Counted from the first letter of the stretch, positions 1-9,637 are shown. The stretch: 42,223 nucleotides of DNA from Candidatus Eiseniibacteriota bacterium (GCA_044222365.1 JBGANH010000001.1:1-42223); one strand, 5' to 3'. Notes: generated by a model not told the origin, from the sequence alone. Translations and numbers: made by a program.

Positions 1-251
1 CGGGCGCGATCGTCGCGCGCGCGCTGCTCTTCCTTCTCCTTCTGCTGCACGACTTCCTCGCGGGCGGCGGCCTTCTCGGTCGCCATCTCCGCGCGCACCT
101 TGTCGACCATCTCGACCGGCAGGGTGCTCATGTGGTTCTTCACTTCGACGCCGAGCTTGCGGGAGATCTGGATGATCACCTCGCTCGACATGCCGAGGTC
201 CTTGGCGACCTCGTAGATGCGCAGCTTCTTGCCGGCAGGACTATTCGCCAC
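1..251 (-). CDS. infB: Translation initiation factor IF-2, N-terminal fragment (gene runs off the window start)
   Basis: The minus-strand frame reads (V)ANSPAGKKLRIYEVAKDLGMSSEVIIQISRKLGVEVKNHMSTLPVEMVDKVRAEM..., which matches the IF2 N-terminal helix motif. GTG at 251-249 overlaps the nusA stop (TAG 243-241). The order rimP-nusA-infB is canonical. The start codon choice is uncertain. Confidence 0.75.
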   Translation of the reverse strand, partial: MANSPAGKKLRIYEVAKDLGMSSEVIIQISRKLGVEVKNHMSTLPVEMVDKVRAEMATEKAAAREEVVQQKEKEEQRARDDRA

Positions 252-1626
252 GGTCAGCTCCTTCCGCGGCTTCGCGAGATGCGGGCGCCTCGGTGCCGTC
301 GCCCGCCGCGAGTCCGTCCTCGTCGGCGGTCATCTCGGGCGTGAACTCCAGTTCGCCACCCGACGTTTCGGGCGCCACCGGCGGATGCGCGGCGAGGTAC
401 TCCTGCGCGGTCGCCAGCACCTTCTCGGCGGTCTTTTCGCCGATACCCGGGATCTGCACGAGCTGTTCGAGCGGCGTCGCGACCAGTTCCTGCACGGTCT
501 CGATGCCCGCGGAGATGAGCTTCTCGGTCGTGGCTTCGCCGAGTTCGAGCTGCTCCACCTCGATGCGGCTCGCGCGCTCGAGGTCGTGACGCTTCTTTTC
601 CTCGCTCTTCGAGACGAGGTCGATCTTCCAGCCGGTCAGCCGTGCGGCGAGGCGCGCGTTCTGTCCGCCCTTGCCGATCGCGAGCGAGAGCTGGTCGTCG
701 GCCACGATCACGTTCATGCGGCCTTCGGCCTCGTTCACCTTCACGTCCATCACACGGGCCGGCGACAGGGCGCGCGACACGAACACCGCCGGGTCGGCCG
801 ACCACGGCACGATGTCGATGCGTTCGCCGCCGAGCTCGCGCACGATGCTCTGCACGCGCGAGCCCTTCAGGCCCACGCACGAACCGACCGCGTCCACGCG
901 CGGGTCGGTCGAAAACACCGAGATCTTCGAACGGGCGCCGGCCTCGCGCGAGACCGCCTTGACCTCGACGATGCCGTCGGCGATCTCGGGGACCTCGTTC
1001 TCGAACAGTCGCTTGAGGAAGTCGGGATGCGTGCGCGACATGATCACCTGCGGCCCCTTCGCGGACTTGTCCACGTTGAGCACGACGGCGCGCACGTAGT
1101 CGCCCTGACGGTGGTACGAGCGGGGAATCTGCTCGCGCGCCGGCAGCACGCCCTCGGAGAAGTCGAGCTTCACGATCACGTTGCCGCGGTCCACCTGCTG
1201 GACCACGCCGCGCACGAGCGTGCCGATCTTGTCCGAGTACTCCTTGAACACGCGGTCACGCTCCGCCTCGCGCACGCGCTGGATCAGCACCTGCTTCGCG
1301 GTCTGGATCGCGTTACGGCCGAATTCGTTGATCGGCAGCGGAATGCGGATCACGTCGCCGACGGCCGCGTCGCTCTTGTGCGCGCGCGCCTTCTCGACGG
1401 TCCACTGGAAGGCGGGATCCTCGACCGTGTCCACCACCGTCATGCGCAGCGCGCACTCGAGCTGGCCGCTCTTGTCGTTGAAGCGCACCTCGACGTCCGC
1501 CGTGAGGCCGTGCTTCTTGCGCACGGCGCTCGCCAGGCCCGTCTCGAGCGTCTCGATGAGCATCGAGCGGTCCACGCTCTTCTCGCGCGTGATCTGGCTC
1601 AGCGCATCCAGGATTTCGTTGTTCAT
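241..1626 (-). CDS. nusA: Transcription termination/antitermination factor NusA
   Basis: ORF 241..2007(-) trimmed to the ATG at 1626 (MNNEILDALSQITREK...). S1 and KH motifs are present: GTLVRGVVQQVDRGNVIVKL, VGLKGSRVQSIVRELGGERIDIV, LAIGKGGQNARLAARLTGWKIDL. The start overlaps the rimP stop by 4 nt. Confidence 0.95.
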   Translation of the reverse strand: MNNEILDALSQITREKSVDRSMLIETLETGLASAVRKKHGLTADVEVRFNDKSGQLECALRMTVVDTVEDPAFQWTVEKARAHKSDAAVGDVIRIPLPINEFGRNAIQTAKQVLIQRVREAERDRVFKEYSDKIGTLVRGVVQQVDRGNVIVKLDFSEGVLPAREQIPRSYHRQGDYVRAVVLNVDKSAKGPQVIMSRTHPDFLKRLFENEVPEIADGIVEVKAVSREAGARSKISVFSTDPRVDAVGSCVGLKGSRVQSIVRELGGERIDIVPWSADPAVFVSRALSPARVMDVKVNEAEGRMNVIVADDQLSLAIGKGGQNARLAARLTGWKIDLVSKSEEKKRHDLERASRIEVEQLELGEATTEKLISAGIETVQELVATPLEQLVQIPGIGEKTAEKVLATAQEYLAAHPPVAPETSGGELEFTPEMTADEDGLAAGDGTEAPASREAAEGADRGE

Positions 1627-2156
1627 CGAGCCCCTCCCCGCGGCTTCGGCTTGGACTTCGGCTTCGCCGCCGTGCGGCCCGTGGTATTCCGCAGGCCTTC
1701 CCACGGATCCACCACCAGGCGGGCCGACTTCACGTCGGTCCACTCGAACCCGTGTTCTTCGTTGTCTTCGGTGCGAACGCCCACGCGGTCGTCGCCCAGC
1801 GCGAGGAGCACACCCTCCCAGCGCCGGCGCCCTTCCCGTGGTTCGTGCGTGGTCAGCGCCACGCGCTGACCGGCGAAACGCTGGACGTGCTCGAGCGTCC
1901 GGATGGGACGGTCGAGACCGGGCGAACTCACCTCGAGGTGATAGCTCCCCGGAATCGTCTGGTTCATGTCCAGGCAGTCCGACAACCGGCGGCTGAATCG
2001 GGCGCAATCGCCCACGCTCACCCCACCCGGCTTGTCGAGGAACACGCGAATGATGCGATGACGGCCTGCGGACGCCATCTCGACGTCCACGAGCTCGTAC
2101 CCGTCCTCTTCAGCCAGTGGGAATGCCAGCTGGCGAACCTCTTCACGCACTTCCAC
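1623..2156 (-). CDS. rimP: Ribosome maturation factor RimP
   Basis: GTG at 2156 has GGGAG about 5 nt upstream. The sequence VEVREEVRQLAFPLAEEDGYELVDVE...HLEVSSPGLDRPI is typical of RimP, and the gene sits directly upstream of nusA. Confidence 0.85.
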   Translation of the reverse strand: MEVREEVRQLAFPLAEEDGYELVDVEMASAGRHRIIRVFLDKPGGVSVGDCARFSRRLSDCLDMNQTIPGSYHLEVSSPGLDRPIRTLEHVQRFAGQRVALTTHEPREGRRRWEGVLLALGDDRVGVRTEDNEEHGFEWTDVKSARLVVDPWEGLRNTTGRTAAKPKSKPKPRGGAR

Positions 2157-2175
2157 TATGGCTCCCGCGTAAGAC

Positions 2176-2207
2176 AAAAAAGGGAGTGGTCGCACCTGCC
2201 CCACTCC
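2176..2207 (-). terminator. Rho-independent terminator downstream of the sprA / M28 gene pair
   Basis: On the minus strand, GGAGTGG-(11 nt)-CCACTCC is followed directly by CTTTTTTGTC. On the plus strand the stem arms are at 2183-2189 and 2201-2207, and the A-run is at 2176-2181. Confidence 0.55.
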
Positions 2208-2283
2208 TGAGCCGCAAACTACTCGATGGCACAGGCGTTGGGCAAGTCGGCCCCCCGGGGGAGCTTCGCGTCGTGAGGGCGGG

Positions 2284-3201
2284 TCAGGGCCGGGCGAGCA
2301 CGCTCCGGTAAGCGATCCACTCGACCACGCGGGCCACCTCGGCGAGGCTTTCGGCGCTGACCTGGTCGGGTGTGTCCCGGTGGGTGTGCCAGGCGGGGTA
2401 GTCGAAGTCGATGAGGTCCACGGTCGGCAGGCCGGCATCCAGCAGGGGCACGTGGTCGTCGATGATGGACCACTTCACCTCGTCCCGGAACGACCGGGCC
2501 CCGGTCGCGCGGGCCGCCTCGGCCACCAGGGCGGTCAGGTTGGACGCCCGTTCGGCCGAGTTCTTCTCGTGGAAGACCTGCAGGTCCCGGTCCCCCACCA
2601 TGTCGAGCAGGAAGCCGGCGACGGGCCGTCCCGGCGAGCCGGGCGCCGGGAGGCGCAGGGCGTAGCCGCGCGAGCCGAGGCAGAACTCCTCGGGGCGGTC
2701 GTTCGTGCCGAGGTCCTCGCCGTCGAAGAAGACGAGGTCCACCCCGACCGGGGGCGGCGAGAGCTTGAAGCGCTCGGCCAGTTCGAGCAGCACCGCCACT
2801 CCGGACGCACCGTCGTTCGCGCCCGGCACGGGCTGGTCGTGGAACGCGGGGTCGGGATCGCGGTCGCACCACGGCCGCGAGTCGTAATGCGCGCAGAAGA
2901 CGATGCGCCGTCCCGTCGCGGGCCCGAAGCGCGCGATCACGTTCGTGAGCGCGACCGCTTCGCCCGACGCGGAGTCGGTGAACGCCTGGCGCTCGACACG
3001 TCCGCCCAGGCGCGTCGCCTCGGCGACGATCCATTCCAGCGTCTTCGCGTGCGCCTCGGTGCCGACGACGCGCGGCCCGAACGCGCACTGCGTCTTCACG
3101 CGCTCGTACGCGCGAGCGCCGTTCACGGTGGAGGTGCCGGCGCACGACGAGGGCAGCGCGAGGCCGGCGAGCAGGGCGAGGGCGAGCAGGTGGCGGGTCA
3201 T
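2284..3201 (-). CDS. M28-family metallopeptidase-fold protein, glutaminyl-peptide cyclotransferase (animal-type QC)-like, secreted or lipoprotein
   Basis: ATG at 3201 (MTRHLLALALLAGLALPSSCAG..., a signal peptide with a possible lipobox Cys). The motif series is FGPRVVGTEAH, CAHYDSR, GANDGASGVAVLLELA, LVFFDGEDLG, LLDMVG, IIDDHVPLLDAGLPTVDLID, WHTHRDT. It aligns block for block with QC/M28 proteins as I remember them. The start overlaps the sprA stop by 1 nt (TGATG). Confidence 0.8.
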   Translation of the reverse strand: MTRHLLALALLAGLALPSSCAGTSTVNGARAYERVKTQCAFGPRVVGTEAHAKTLEWIVAEATRLGGRVERQAFTDSASGEAVALTNVIARFGPATGRRIVFCAHYDSRPWCDRDPDPAFHDQPVPGANDGASGVAVLLELAERFKLSPPPVGVDLVFFDGEDLGTNDRPEEFCLGSRGYALRLPAPGSPGRPVAGFLLDMVGDRDLQVFHEKNSAERASNLTALVAEAARATGARSFRDEVKWSIIDDHVPLLDAGLPTVDLIDFDYPAWHTHRDTPDQVSAESLAEVARVVEWIAYRSVLARP

Positions 3202-6200
3202 CAGAAGGAGAACTGCGCGCGGACTTCGACGCGGACGCTGCGCCGCACGATGCCGCTCGCCTTGTTCTTGTTGTGGTTGAAGCCCAGCACGGCGCTGCCC
3301 GTGACGTTCGAGCTGAAGCCGTACGAGCCGGTGGTGGTGACGGACAACCGGGTCTCGTCGCGCAGCTGACCGGCGCCGACGCCGTTCGCGTAGCGCGTCT
3401 CGCCCTTCGTGTGCGAGTAGATCGTCGCGAGCTGCATGCTGACGTTGCTGCGCACGGTGCTCGTCTTGCCGAGGAACGTGACCTTCTGGCCCTGCGAGTA
3501 CGAACGGCTCAGGGTGAAGTTCACGTCGGAGTTGCTCTCGATCTGGCTCGACGTGCCGAACTGGTGCACGAGACGTTCGGTGCTGCGGTGGTTCACGCCG
3601 AGGTCGGCCTGGATGCCGTTCTTGAAGCTGCCGCGCATCGAGAGCAGCGGATGGAAGTCGCTCGTGCGCGACTCGCCGGTGAGCGAGTCGCGTCGCACCT
3701 GGTAGTCGTGCGTCTTCGACACGCTCCACGCGGTGCGGAGCGACGGGTTCTGCAGGAACTTCGTGAGCTTGATCGCGTTCGCGACGCGGCCGTAGTCCAC
3801 TTCGACGTCCGGGAAGCGGCGGTCGGACGTGCGCGAGAGCACGCCGTTGTTCTCGCCGGTGCGGTCGCCGTAGCTGAAGCGCAGCATGAGCTGGCTGCCG
3901 AACACGACCGGGATGCGCGTGCGAGCGTTCGTGCGCCAGTCGAGCCCCGTCTGCGAGTTGTTGCCCGCGGCCGCGCTCACGCCGCCCGTCGAATCCGCGA
4001 GGCCCGGATCCTCCGCGAGGCCGACGAGGTACAGCAGGCTCGGGTTGCCGCGCAGCCGCGAGTAGCTGCTCGAACGCGAGAGCTGGAAGTCGGTCTGCAC
4101 GTTGCCCACGCGCGAGAACACGTCGCGCCAGCCGATCGAGGGCCCCTTCGGCTTCGCGGCGGGCTTCGTCGAGTCGGGCTTCGCCGGGACGGCCGCGGCC
4201 ATCGGACGGCGGTTGAGCAGTCCGTCGAACGGCAGGTCCCAGTTCATCTGCAGGTTCTGGCCGTTGTTGACCGCGCGCACCGAGAGGTTCGGCGACGTGA
4301 TGTCGTTCATCTGGCCGAAGTTCGAGCCCCAGTTGAAGCTCGGGCGCAGCCACGCGCCGCGCTGCAGGGTGTAGCGCGTGCTGAAGTTCTGGCGCCACGA
4401 GGTGAGGCGGCCGAAGTTCACGAAGCCGACGTGATCGAGCGGCACGTTGTCCAGGCTCAGCGCGCGCGTGCCGTCGATGTGGTGCGACAGCGCGTCGATC
4501 GGGCGCGAGTCCGCTCCGAACCCGAGCGTCGCCTGCCGGCCCTTGAGGTCACTGCTCGCGATCAGTTCGCCGGAGCCGTCCGTCGCGCGCGTGAACGACT
4601 TGCTCTCCGTCGCGTTGACCTGGTAGTTCCAGTAGACGCGCTCGGGCAGCGGGTAGAACTTCGTCTTCGCGAGCGGCAGCCCGATCCCGACGAGCGCGCG
4701 CGGCGCCACGCTCCAGTTCACGCCGGCGTTGGTTGCGGCGCTGCTCGACACGGCACTCGGGGTGCGCGAGTCGGTCTCGGAGCGGCTGATGTTCGCGGTC
4801 AGGCCCGCGACCGTGTACTTGAGCAGCGGATGCGTGCGCTCACCCCACGCGCGCGAGTACGTCGTCGAGATGCTGCGCGTCTCGGAGCGGGTCTCGCTCG
4901 CCTCCTGCTGCGCGCCCGTGCGCACGACGTCGTCGCCGGCGGTGAAGCGCGGCTTGGACGAGTTGCGGTTCCACGCGAGCGACACCGGCAGCGTGACGCC
5001 CGTGCCCTCGAAGAAGCGGTGCAGGTCGAACTGCGACGTCGCCTGCACCTGCGTGTTGCGGCTGCCGGTGCCGCGCGATTCGCCGACCGAGAGGAAGTTC
5101 TCGTCGCGCGAGTTCCACGCGAGGTTGTACGTGAACAGGTTCGCCATGCGGCCGTTGACGAGCACGCGATTCGCGTAGCCGACGTCCTTCTTCACGTCGG
5201 TCGCGCGGATCTCGTCGAACCAGAGCTGGCCGCTCGGGTACTCGCGTCCGCCCGGCGGGTTCGCGTTGATGACGCCGAACGAGACGCGCCGGAGCCGCGT
5301 GAACGAGGGCCGCCCGATGATGATCACCGAATCCCCGGCGGCGCCGAACGCGACGCGGATCGGCTCGGCCGTCAGGCCCGGGCGCGAGAGCTTGAAGTTC
5401 GAGATCTCCTCGAGCAGCACGCGGCTCTCCTGCCAGTCGATCGTGCGCGGCGCCGAGGGACTCGGCATGCGGCGCTTGATCTCGTAGTAGTTCTGTCCGC
5501 GCTCGTCCGAGGAGAAGCGCACGAAGTAGAAGAGCGTCGAGTCCACGCCCGCGTCGTAGCCGGCGACCTCGAAGCTCGACGCGTACCAGCGCAGCGCGCC
5601 GTAGCGCGTGTAGTTCTCCTCGAGCGAGAACGCGCGGTACGCCTCGAGCGTGTCGGCGCCGAGGTTCGTGAACTCGAGCGCGATGGACTGTTCGCGGCGC
5701 GTCTGCGCCTGGTTGCCGTTGCGCGTCTCGCCCGGGTCGAACGGCGGCACGTAGATGTCGGCGTTGTCGAGCGAGTTGACCGAGTTCAGCGTCATGGTCG
5801 TGTGGCGCTGGCGCTGCTCCTCGGAGAGCTCCACCGCGAGCCAGCGGTTGCCCACGATCTCGAGGCCGCCGAGCAGCAGCAGCGGACGCTGCACGTTCGC
5901 GGTCTTCGGCTCGGCCTCCTCGAGCCCTTCGATCCACACGCGCACGTGCCGCGCCATCGTCAGGTCGGGCGCGCCGAACTGGACGCGCAGGCTGTCGGTG
6001 ATCGGGATGCGGTAGCGGCGCCAGCCGTTGTCGTCGGCCACGGAGGCCTGCCCCGCGAAGTCGCGGTACACGTCGGTCACGAGATAGCGGCGGCTCGAGT
6101 CGGCCAGCGGGATCGTGTACTCGAAGTAGTGCTCCTCCCGGTCGAGGTTGTCGTTGCCGTTCAGGTCCTCGGTGTCGGGATACGGCGCGAGGCGGAAGTT

Positions 6201-9200
6201 GTCCTCGGTGCCGTTCGTGAACTGGAACTTGCGCGGGTCGATGTCTTCCTTGTCGTTGTCGGGATCGCGGTAGTTGTCACCTTCGGGATCGGTCTCGCGC
6301 GCCGTGATGAGGTCGGCGATCGGCGTCTGCTCGCTCGCGCCGCGAACGCCGTCCACGCCCGTGTCCTCGTCCTTCGCCGGCGGCACCGTGAGCTGACCGT
6401 CGCGCGGCGCGGTGTCCTCAGTGTTGAGGAAGCCGTCGGGAAGGCGGTTCGGAGCGCGCATCTGGTCCTCGCTCACCACGCCGAGATCCACGTGCAGCAT
6501 CACGCGGTTGTCGTTCGCGCGCACGAGGTCGTGCGGGATCGCGGGGTCGTGCCGGTCGCGGAAGTCGTTCACCCAGACTTCGATGAACTGCGCGCGCGAA
6601 AGGTCGATGCCCTGCGGATCGAGCACGTACGTGAGGCCGGTCCACAGCGAATCGCGCAGCCCGGGATCGTCCCGCATTTCCTGCGGCACCTGCGGCACGG
6701 ACAGCGCGAGCGCCTGGCGCGGATTCTTCGCGCCCTGCGCGTCCTCGAGCGTCGGCTTGAGGTCGCGCTCGTGCACGTAGTTCGGCGGCATGTACCAGCG
6801 CACTTCGGCGTTGCGCTGACCGGGCAGGTCGAGGAAGTCGTCCACGACGAGCGCACGGCGGTCGGCGTCGAGCGTGCGCGCGCGCGAGGGCGGGCTCATG
6901 GCGTGCCAGCGGTCGGCGGTCATGGACAGCGACACGGCGTCGCGCACGCCTTCCATGTCGTCCACGAACACTTCGTTGCGCGTGTTCGGGTTGGGGAACG
7001 ACGCGCCGACCTCGGCCTGGATCCCGAACTCGGACGGCGTGCTCGTGCGCACGCCCGGCAGCGCGTCCACCATGCGCGTGAGGAACGAAGGGCGGAAGCG
7101 CCACTCCGAGTTGAGGTCGGTGATGAGCGTGCGGGAGGGTTCTTCCCCGAGGCGCGGCCGGAGGTCCTGCGCGCCCTTGCTCTCGTACAGGAAGGCGCCG
7201 CCGAGCGAGCGGTCGCGGCCCTCGAGCCGGAACGCCGAGCCGATGAGCGTCTTGCCCGCCTGCTGGAACAGCGGCGCGTACGAGTAGTCGATGCTCAGCT
7301 GGTCGGTCGGCCCGAGACCGCGCACGAGCGTGATCTGCCCGGTGTCGTAGTCGATGCGGTAGTCGCGGTCGCGCGTCCAGCGCTCGCCGTTCACCGTCAC
7401 GACTTCCGAGCCTTCGAGCAGGCTGCCGCGATTGAGGCTGATGTTCCCGCCCGAGCGCTGCGCGGCGTAGTCGAACACGAGGTAGTAGCGCGCGTCGGCG
7501 ACCGGGTCGAGCTTGTACTTGTCGTAGATCCCGGAGTTCGGCGCGAGGCTCGAGCCCGCGGCGCCCGTGAGGTTCGCGCGCCGGTTGATGTTGTCGGGCA
7601 GGTTCATGAGCTCGTCGAACCAGCGGCCGGTGCCGCCGTTCACGCGCGGCGCGAACGGATGCGGATCGGGCAGCCACAGCACGCCGTTCGCATAGTCCAC
7701 GTAGGCGCGCGCGCCGGAGGTGCGGCCGGTGCCGTCCACGCGTTCGTCGTGCCCCTTGACCGGCGTCGAGTTCGACTCGTCCCAGCTGTCGAGTCCGAGC
7801 ACTTCGATGTAGTTCACGCGGGCTCCGCCCGGGCCGTCGGCGTACTGCACCGGCGGTTCGTCGCGGCCTCGCTTGATCGTCAGCGTGAACGACTTCGGGT
7901 CGATGCCGTAGCCGCCGATGGCGTAGAAGTTCTTCATCTCGAGTTCGCGCACGACGTCGAAGGCCTTCGTCGTGTCGAACGCCGAGGTGTTCAGCTCGCT
8001 CGAGTTCGCGGCGGCCAGCAGTTCGCGCGGCGGGCGCAGCATCTTGAGCAGCGTGTACGCCGAGTCCGCTCCGGCCGACGCGTCGAGCTTCTGGCCGCCC
8101 ACGAGGAGCGTCGATCCGCCCGTGCCCGCGGCGGGCACGGCGGTGTAGGTCGCCGCGAGGCACATGTTGCTGTTCACGGGCATCGGCTGCTTGAGCCGGA
8201 TGATCTTGAACGCGAGCCCGTCCGCGAAGGCGTAATAGTCGGGCAGGATCTCGTAATCCACGAGCGGCGTGAGACGGTCGAAGTTGCCGCGGTAGCCCGC
8301 CGTGTCGGACGGCGTGCCCGCGAGCGTGCCGGCCATCATCTGGCCGGTCGGGTCCACCATGGCCTTGCCGCGGAGCGGGGTGTAGTCGTTGCTGTTGATG
8401 CGGTCGTCGCGGAAGATCGTGATGCTCGCGTCGTCGATGCGCCACGCGCCGTACTGCGGGTCGTAGAGCAGGAAGTACTGGCCCTTGATCCAGTCCACGT
8501 CCGCCACGGTCGGGTTGCTGCGCGTGGAGCCTCCGGAGTACGAGGCGCGCTCGGAACGCCCCTCCTGCTTCGAGGCGAGCGCGGTGAAGTCGAGCGGGCC
8601 GAAGCGCGTCGCCACCTTGACGCCGAAGAGGCCCTCGTTGCGGCCCGAGTACGACACGTACTGCGTGCCGGGCAGCGCGAGGCTCGTGTTGCCGAGATCG
8701 AGCGCCTGCACGAGGTCGTCCTCGTCGCCGCGGTAGTTGATGGCGATGCGGTTGGCGAGCGGGATCTGGTTGGCCGAGTTCTGCAGCAGGTTCACCTTCA
8801 CCCGGTCGGAGAGCTGGCCCTCGAGCCGGATGTCGAGGTCCTGCTGCATGTCGAGCGAGGGGAACAGCGACTTCTTCTGCCCGAGGATCGTGGTCTGCTG
8901 GTTCGTCCAGTTGCTCTGGCCGGAGAGCCGGATGCTCTCGGAGCCGGACACGTTCAGCGCCGGGCCGCCGGGGCCGAGGATGCTCGTCGCGAAACTCGGC
9001 AGCTGCACGGGCAGCGCGAGCTGGAGTCCCTGCCGGGTCGCCGGAGCGTTGCCGGCCCCGAGCGAGTTCAGGTCGCGCCGCGAGCGTTCCTGCCAGCGCT
9101 GGAGGAACGTCTGGTTCATGTTCGTGGCGGCGAACTGGTTCAGGGACGCGCGATACGGCGCCCCGAGCCGGATGTCCCCCACCTCGACCGCGACCGACCA

Positions 9201-9488
9201 GCCACCCGAGTCGGGCTCGATGCGCGTGCGCACCTTGCGGGGGTCGTACGACGGCGACAGCTTGATGCCGGTCGCCCCCATGCCGAACTTCGGGAGCCCC
9301 CGCTGGACGAAGTTCCGCTCCAGCGCGAGGCGCGTGGAGGGCTTCCAGGCCGGCGGCAGGCTGTCGAGCACGACCGGCTTGGGCTTGTGGCGCCCGAGAC
9401 CCTTCAAACCGGGCAGCGCATTCAAGCCGGGGATCCCGGAGATCCCCATCAGGAACGCGAGCACCGGTACGGCGAGCACATTGAGCAT
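3201..9488 (-). CDS. sprA: SprA/Sov-like type IX secretion system outer-membrane translocon (giant beta-barrel protein, 2095 aa)
   Basis: A true ATG at 9488 is followed by a hydrophobic N-terminus (MLNVLAVPVLAFLMGISG). A family-typical block is present: DLVQALDLGNTSLALPGTQYVSYSGRNEGLFGVKVATRFGPLDFTALASKQEGRSE. The composition is Ser/Thr/Asn/Gly/aromatic-rich and beta-strand-like throughout. The C-terminus ends ...RVEVRAQFSF with a terminal Phe, an outer-membrane signature. The size matches SprA. The family call is from memory and was not searched. Confidence 0.8.
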   Translation of the reverse strand: MLNVLAVPVLAFLMGISGIPGLNALPGLKGLGRHKPKPVVLDSLPPAWKPSTRLALERNFVQRGLPKFGMGATGIKLSPSYDPRKVRTRIEPDSGGWSVAVEVGDIRLGAPYRASLNQFAATNMNQTFLQRWQERSRRDLNSLGAGNAPATRQGLQLALPVQLPSFATSILGPGGPALNVSGSESIRLSGQSNWTNQQTTILGQKKSLFPSLDMQQDLDIRLEGQLSDRVKVNLLQNSANQIPLANRIAINYRGDEDDLVQALDLGNTSLALPGTQYVSYSGRNEGLFGVKVATRFGPLDFTALASKQEGRSERASYSGGSTRSNPTVADVDWIKGQYFLLYDPQYGAWRIDDASITIFRDDRINSNDYTPLRGKAMVDPTGQMMAGTLAGTPSDTAGYRGNFDRLTPLVDYEILPDYYAFADGLAFKIIRLKQPMPVNSNMCLAATYTAVPAAGTGGSTLLVGGQKLDASAGADSAYTLLKMLRPPRELLAAANSSELNTSAFDTTKAFDVVRELEMKNFYAIGGYGIDPKSFTLTIKRGRDEPPVQYADGPGGARVNYIEVLGLDSWDESNSTPVKGHDERVDGTGRTSGARAYVDYANGVLWLPDPHPFAPRVNGGTGRWFDELMNLPDNINRRANLTGAAGSSLAPNSGIYDKYKLDPVADARYYLVFDYAAQRSGGNISLNRGSLLEGSEVVTVNGERWTRDRDYRIDYDTGQITLVRGLGPTDQLSIDYSYAPLFQQAGKTLIGSAFRLEGRDRSLGGAFLYESKGAQDLRPRLGEEPSRTLITDLNSEWRFRPSFLTRMVDALPGVRTSTPSEFGIQAEVGASFPNPNTRNEVFVDDMEGVRDAVSLSMTADRWHAMSPPSRARTLDADRRALVVDDFLDLPGQRNAEVRWYMPPNYVHERDLKPTLEDAQGAKNPRQALALSVPQVPQEMRDDPGLRDSLWTGLTYVLDPQGIDLSRAQFIEVWVNDFRDRHDPAIPHDLVRANDNRVMLHVDLGVVSEDQMRAPNRLPDGFLNTEDTAPRDGQLTVPPAKDEDTGVDGVRGASEQTPIADLITARETDPEGDNYRDPDNDKEDIDPRKFQFTNGTEDNFRLAPYPDTEDLNGNDNLDREEHYFEYTIPLADSSRRYLVTDVYRDFAGQASVADDNGWRRYRIPITDSLRVQFGAPDLTMARHVRVWIEGLEEAEPKTANVQRPLLLLGGLEIVGNRWLAVELSEEQRQRHTTMTLNSVNSLDNADIYVPPFDPGETRNGNQAQTRREQSIALEFTNLGADTLEAYRAFSLEENYTRYGALRWYASSFEVAGYDAGVDSTLFYFVRFSSDERGQNYYEIKRRMPSPSAPRTIDWQESRVLLEEISNFKLSRPGLTAEPIRVAFGAAGDSVIIIGRPSFTRLRRVSFGVINANPPGGREYPSGQLWFDEIRATDVKKDVGYANRVLVNGRMANLFTYNLAWNSRDENFLSVGESRGTGSRNTQVQATSQFDLHRFFEGTGVTLPVSLAWNRNSSKPRFTAGDDVVRTGAQQEASETRSETRSISTTYSRAWGERTHPLLKYTVAGLTANISRSETDSRTPSAVSSSAATNAGVNWSVAPRALVGIGLPLAKTKFYPLPERVYWNYQVNATESKSFTRATDGSGELIASSDLKGRQATLGFGADSRPIDALSHHIDGTRALSLDNVPLDHVGFVNFGRLTSWRQNFSTRYTLQRGAWLRPSFNWGSNFGQMNDITSPNLSVRAVNNGQNLQMNWDLPFDGLLNRRPMAAAVPAKPDSTKPAAKPKGPSIGWRDVFSRVGNVQTDFQLSRSSSYSRLRGNPSLLYLVGLAEDPGLADSTGGVSAAAGNNSQTGLDWRTNARTRIPVVFGSQLMLRFSYGDRTGENNGVLSRTSDRRFPDVEVDYGRVANAIKLTKFLQNPSLRTAWSVSKTHDYQVRRDSLTGESRTSDFHPLLSMRGSFKNGIQADLGVNHRSTERLVHQFGTSSQIESNSDVNFTLSRSYSQGQKVTFLGKTSTVRSNVSMQLATIYSHTKGETRYANGVGAGQLRDETRLSVTTTGSYGFSSNVTGSAVLGFNHNKNKASGIVRRSVRVEVRAQFSF

Positions 9489-9637
9489 GGTCGGGTCGGG
9501 AGCGCTGCGGGAGAGGGGTGCAACGGGAGCAGGGACCGTATCAGCCGGTTCCCGCGGCGGTCAAAGCCTTTGCCCTTCCCGCGTTGTGGCTCGTTTCGAG
9601 GTGCCCCTCCCCGGCTCTTGGGTTAGATTGCGCCACC

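Noticed and set aside
217-1869. Long antisense or alternative-frame ORFs over nusA. The same applies to 12200..14335(+) over accC, 16422..17699(+) over aroB, 27139..29157(+) over fabG/fabD, 30006..31337(+) over plsX and 21951..23669(-) over the activator gene.
   Set aside because: They are shadow ORFs caused by GC3 bias. In every case the opposite or other frame encodes an unmistakable housekeeping protein.
2227-2243. Second TGGCAC-N5 element (TGGCAC-AGGCG-TTGGG) as a sigma-54 promoter
   Set aside because: The -12 element has GG instead of the critical GC. It points (plus strand) into the 3' end of a minus-strand gene with no plus-strand target. A similar TGGCAC at about 30131 lies inside fabH antisense.
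3273-9626. 2117-aa plus-strand ORF antisense to sprA, the longest ORF in the window
   Set aside because: The composition is Arg/Ala/Val/Gly/Glu/His-rich and monotonous, with no recognisable motifs. It is the classic shadow ORF of a high-GC gene. The minus-strand frame has SprA motifs, a signal-like N-terminus and an outer-membrane-type C-terminal Phe.
9489-9637. Bacteroidetes-style promoter (TAGATTG resembling the TAnnTTTG -7 box) in the sprA/lptF divergent gap
   Set aside because: The match is imperfect. It sits only ~9 nt from the lptF GTG, and there is no appropriately spaced -33 TTTG. This is not enough evidence.
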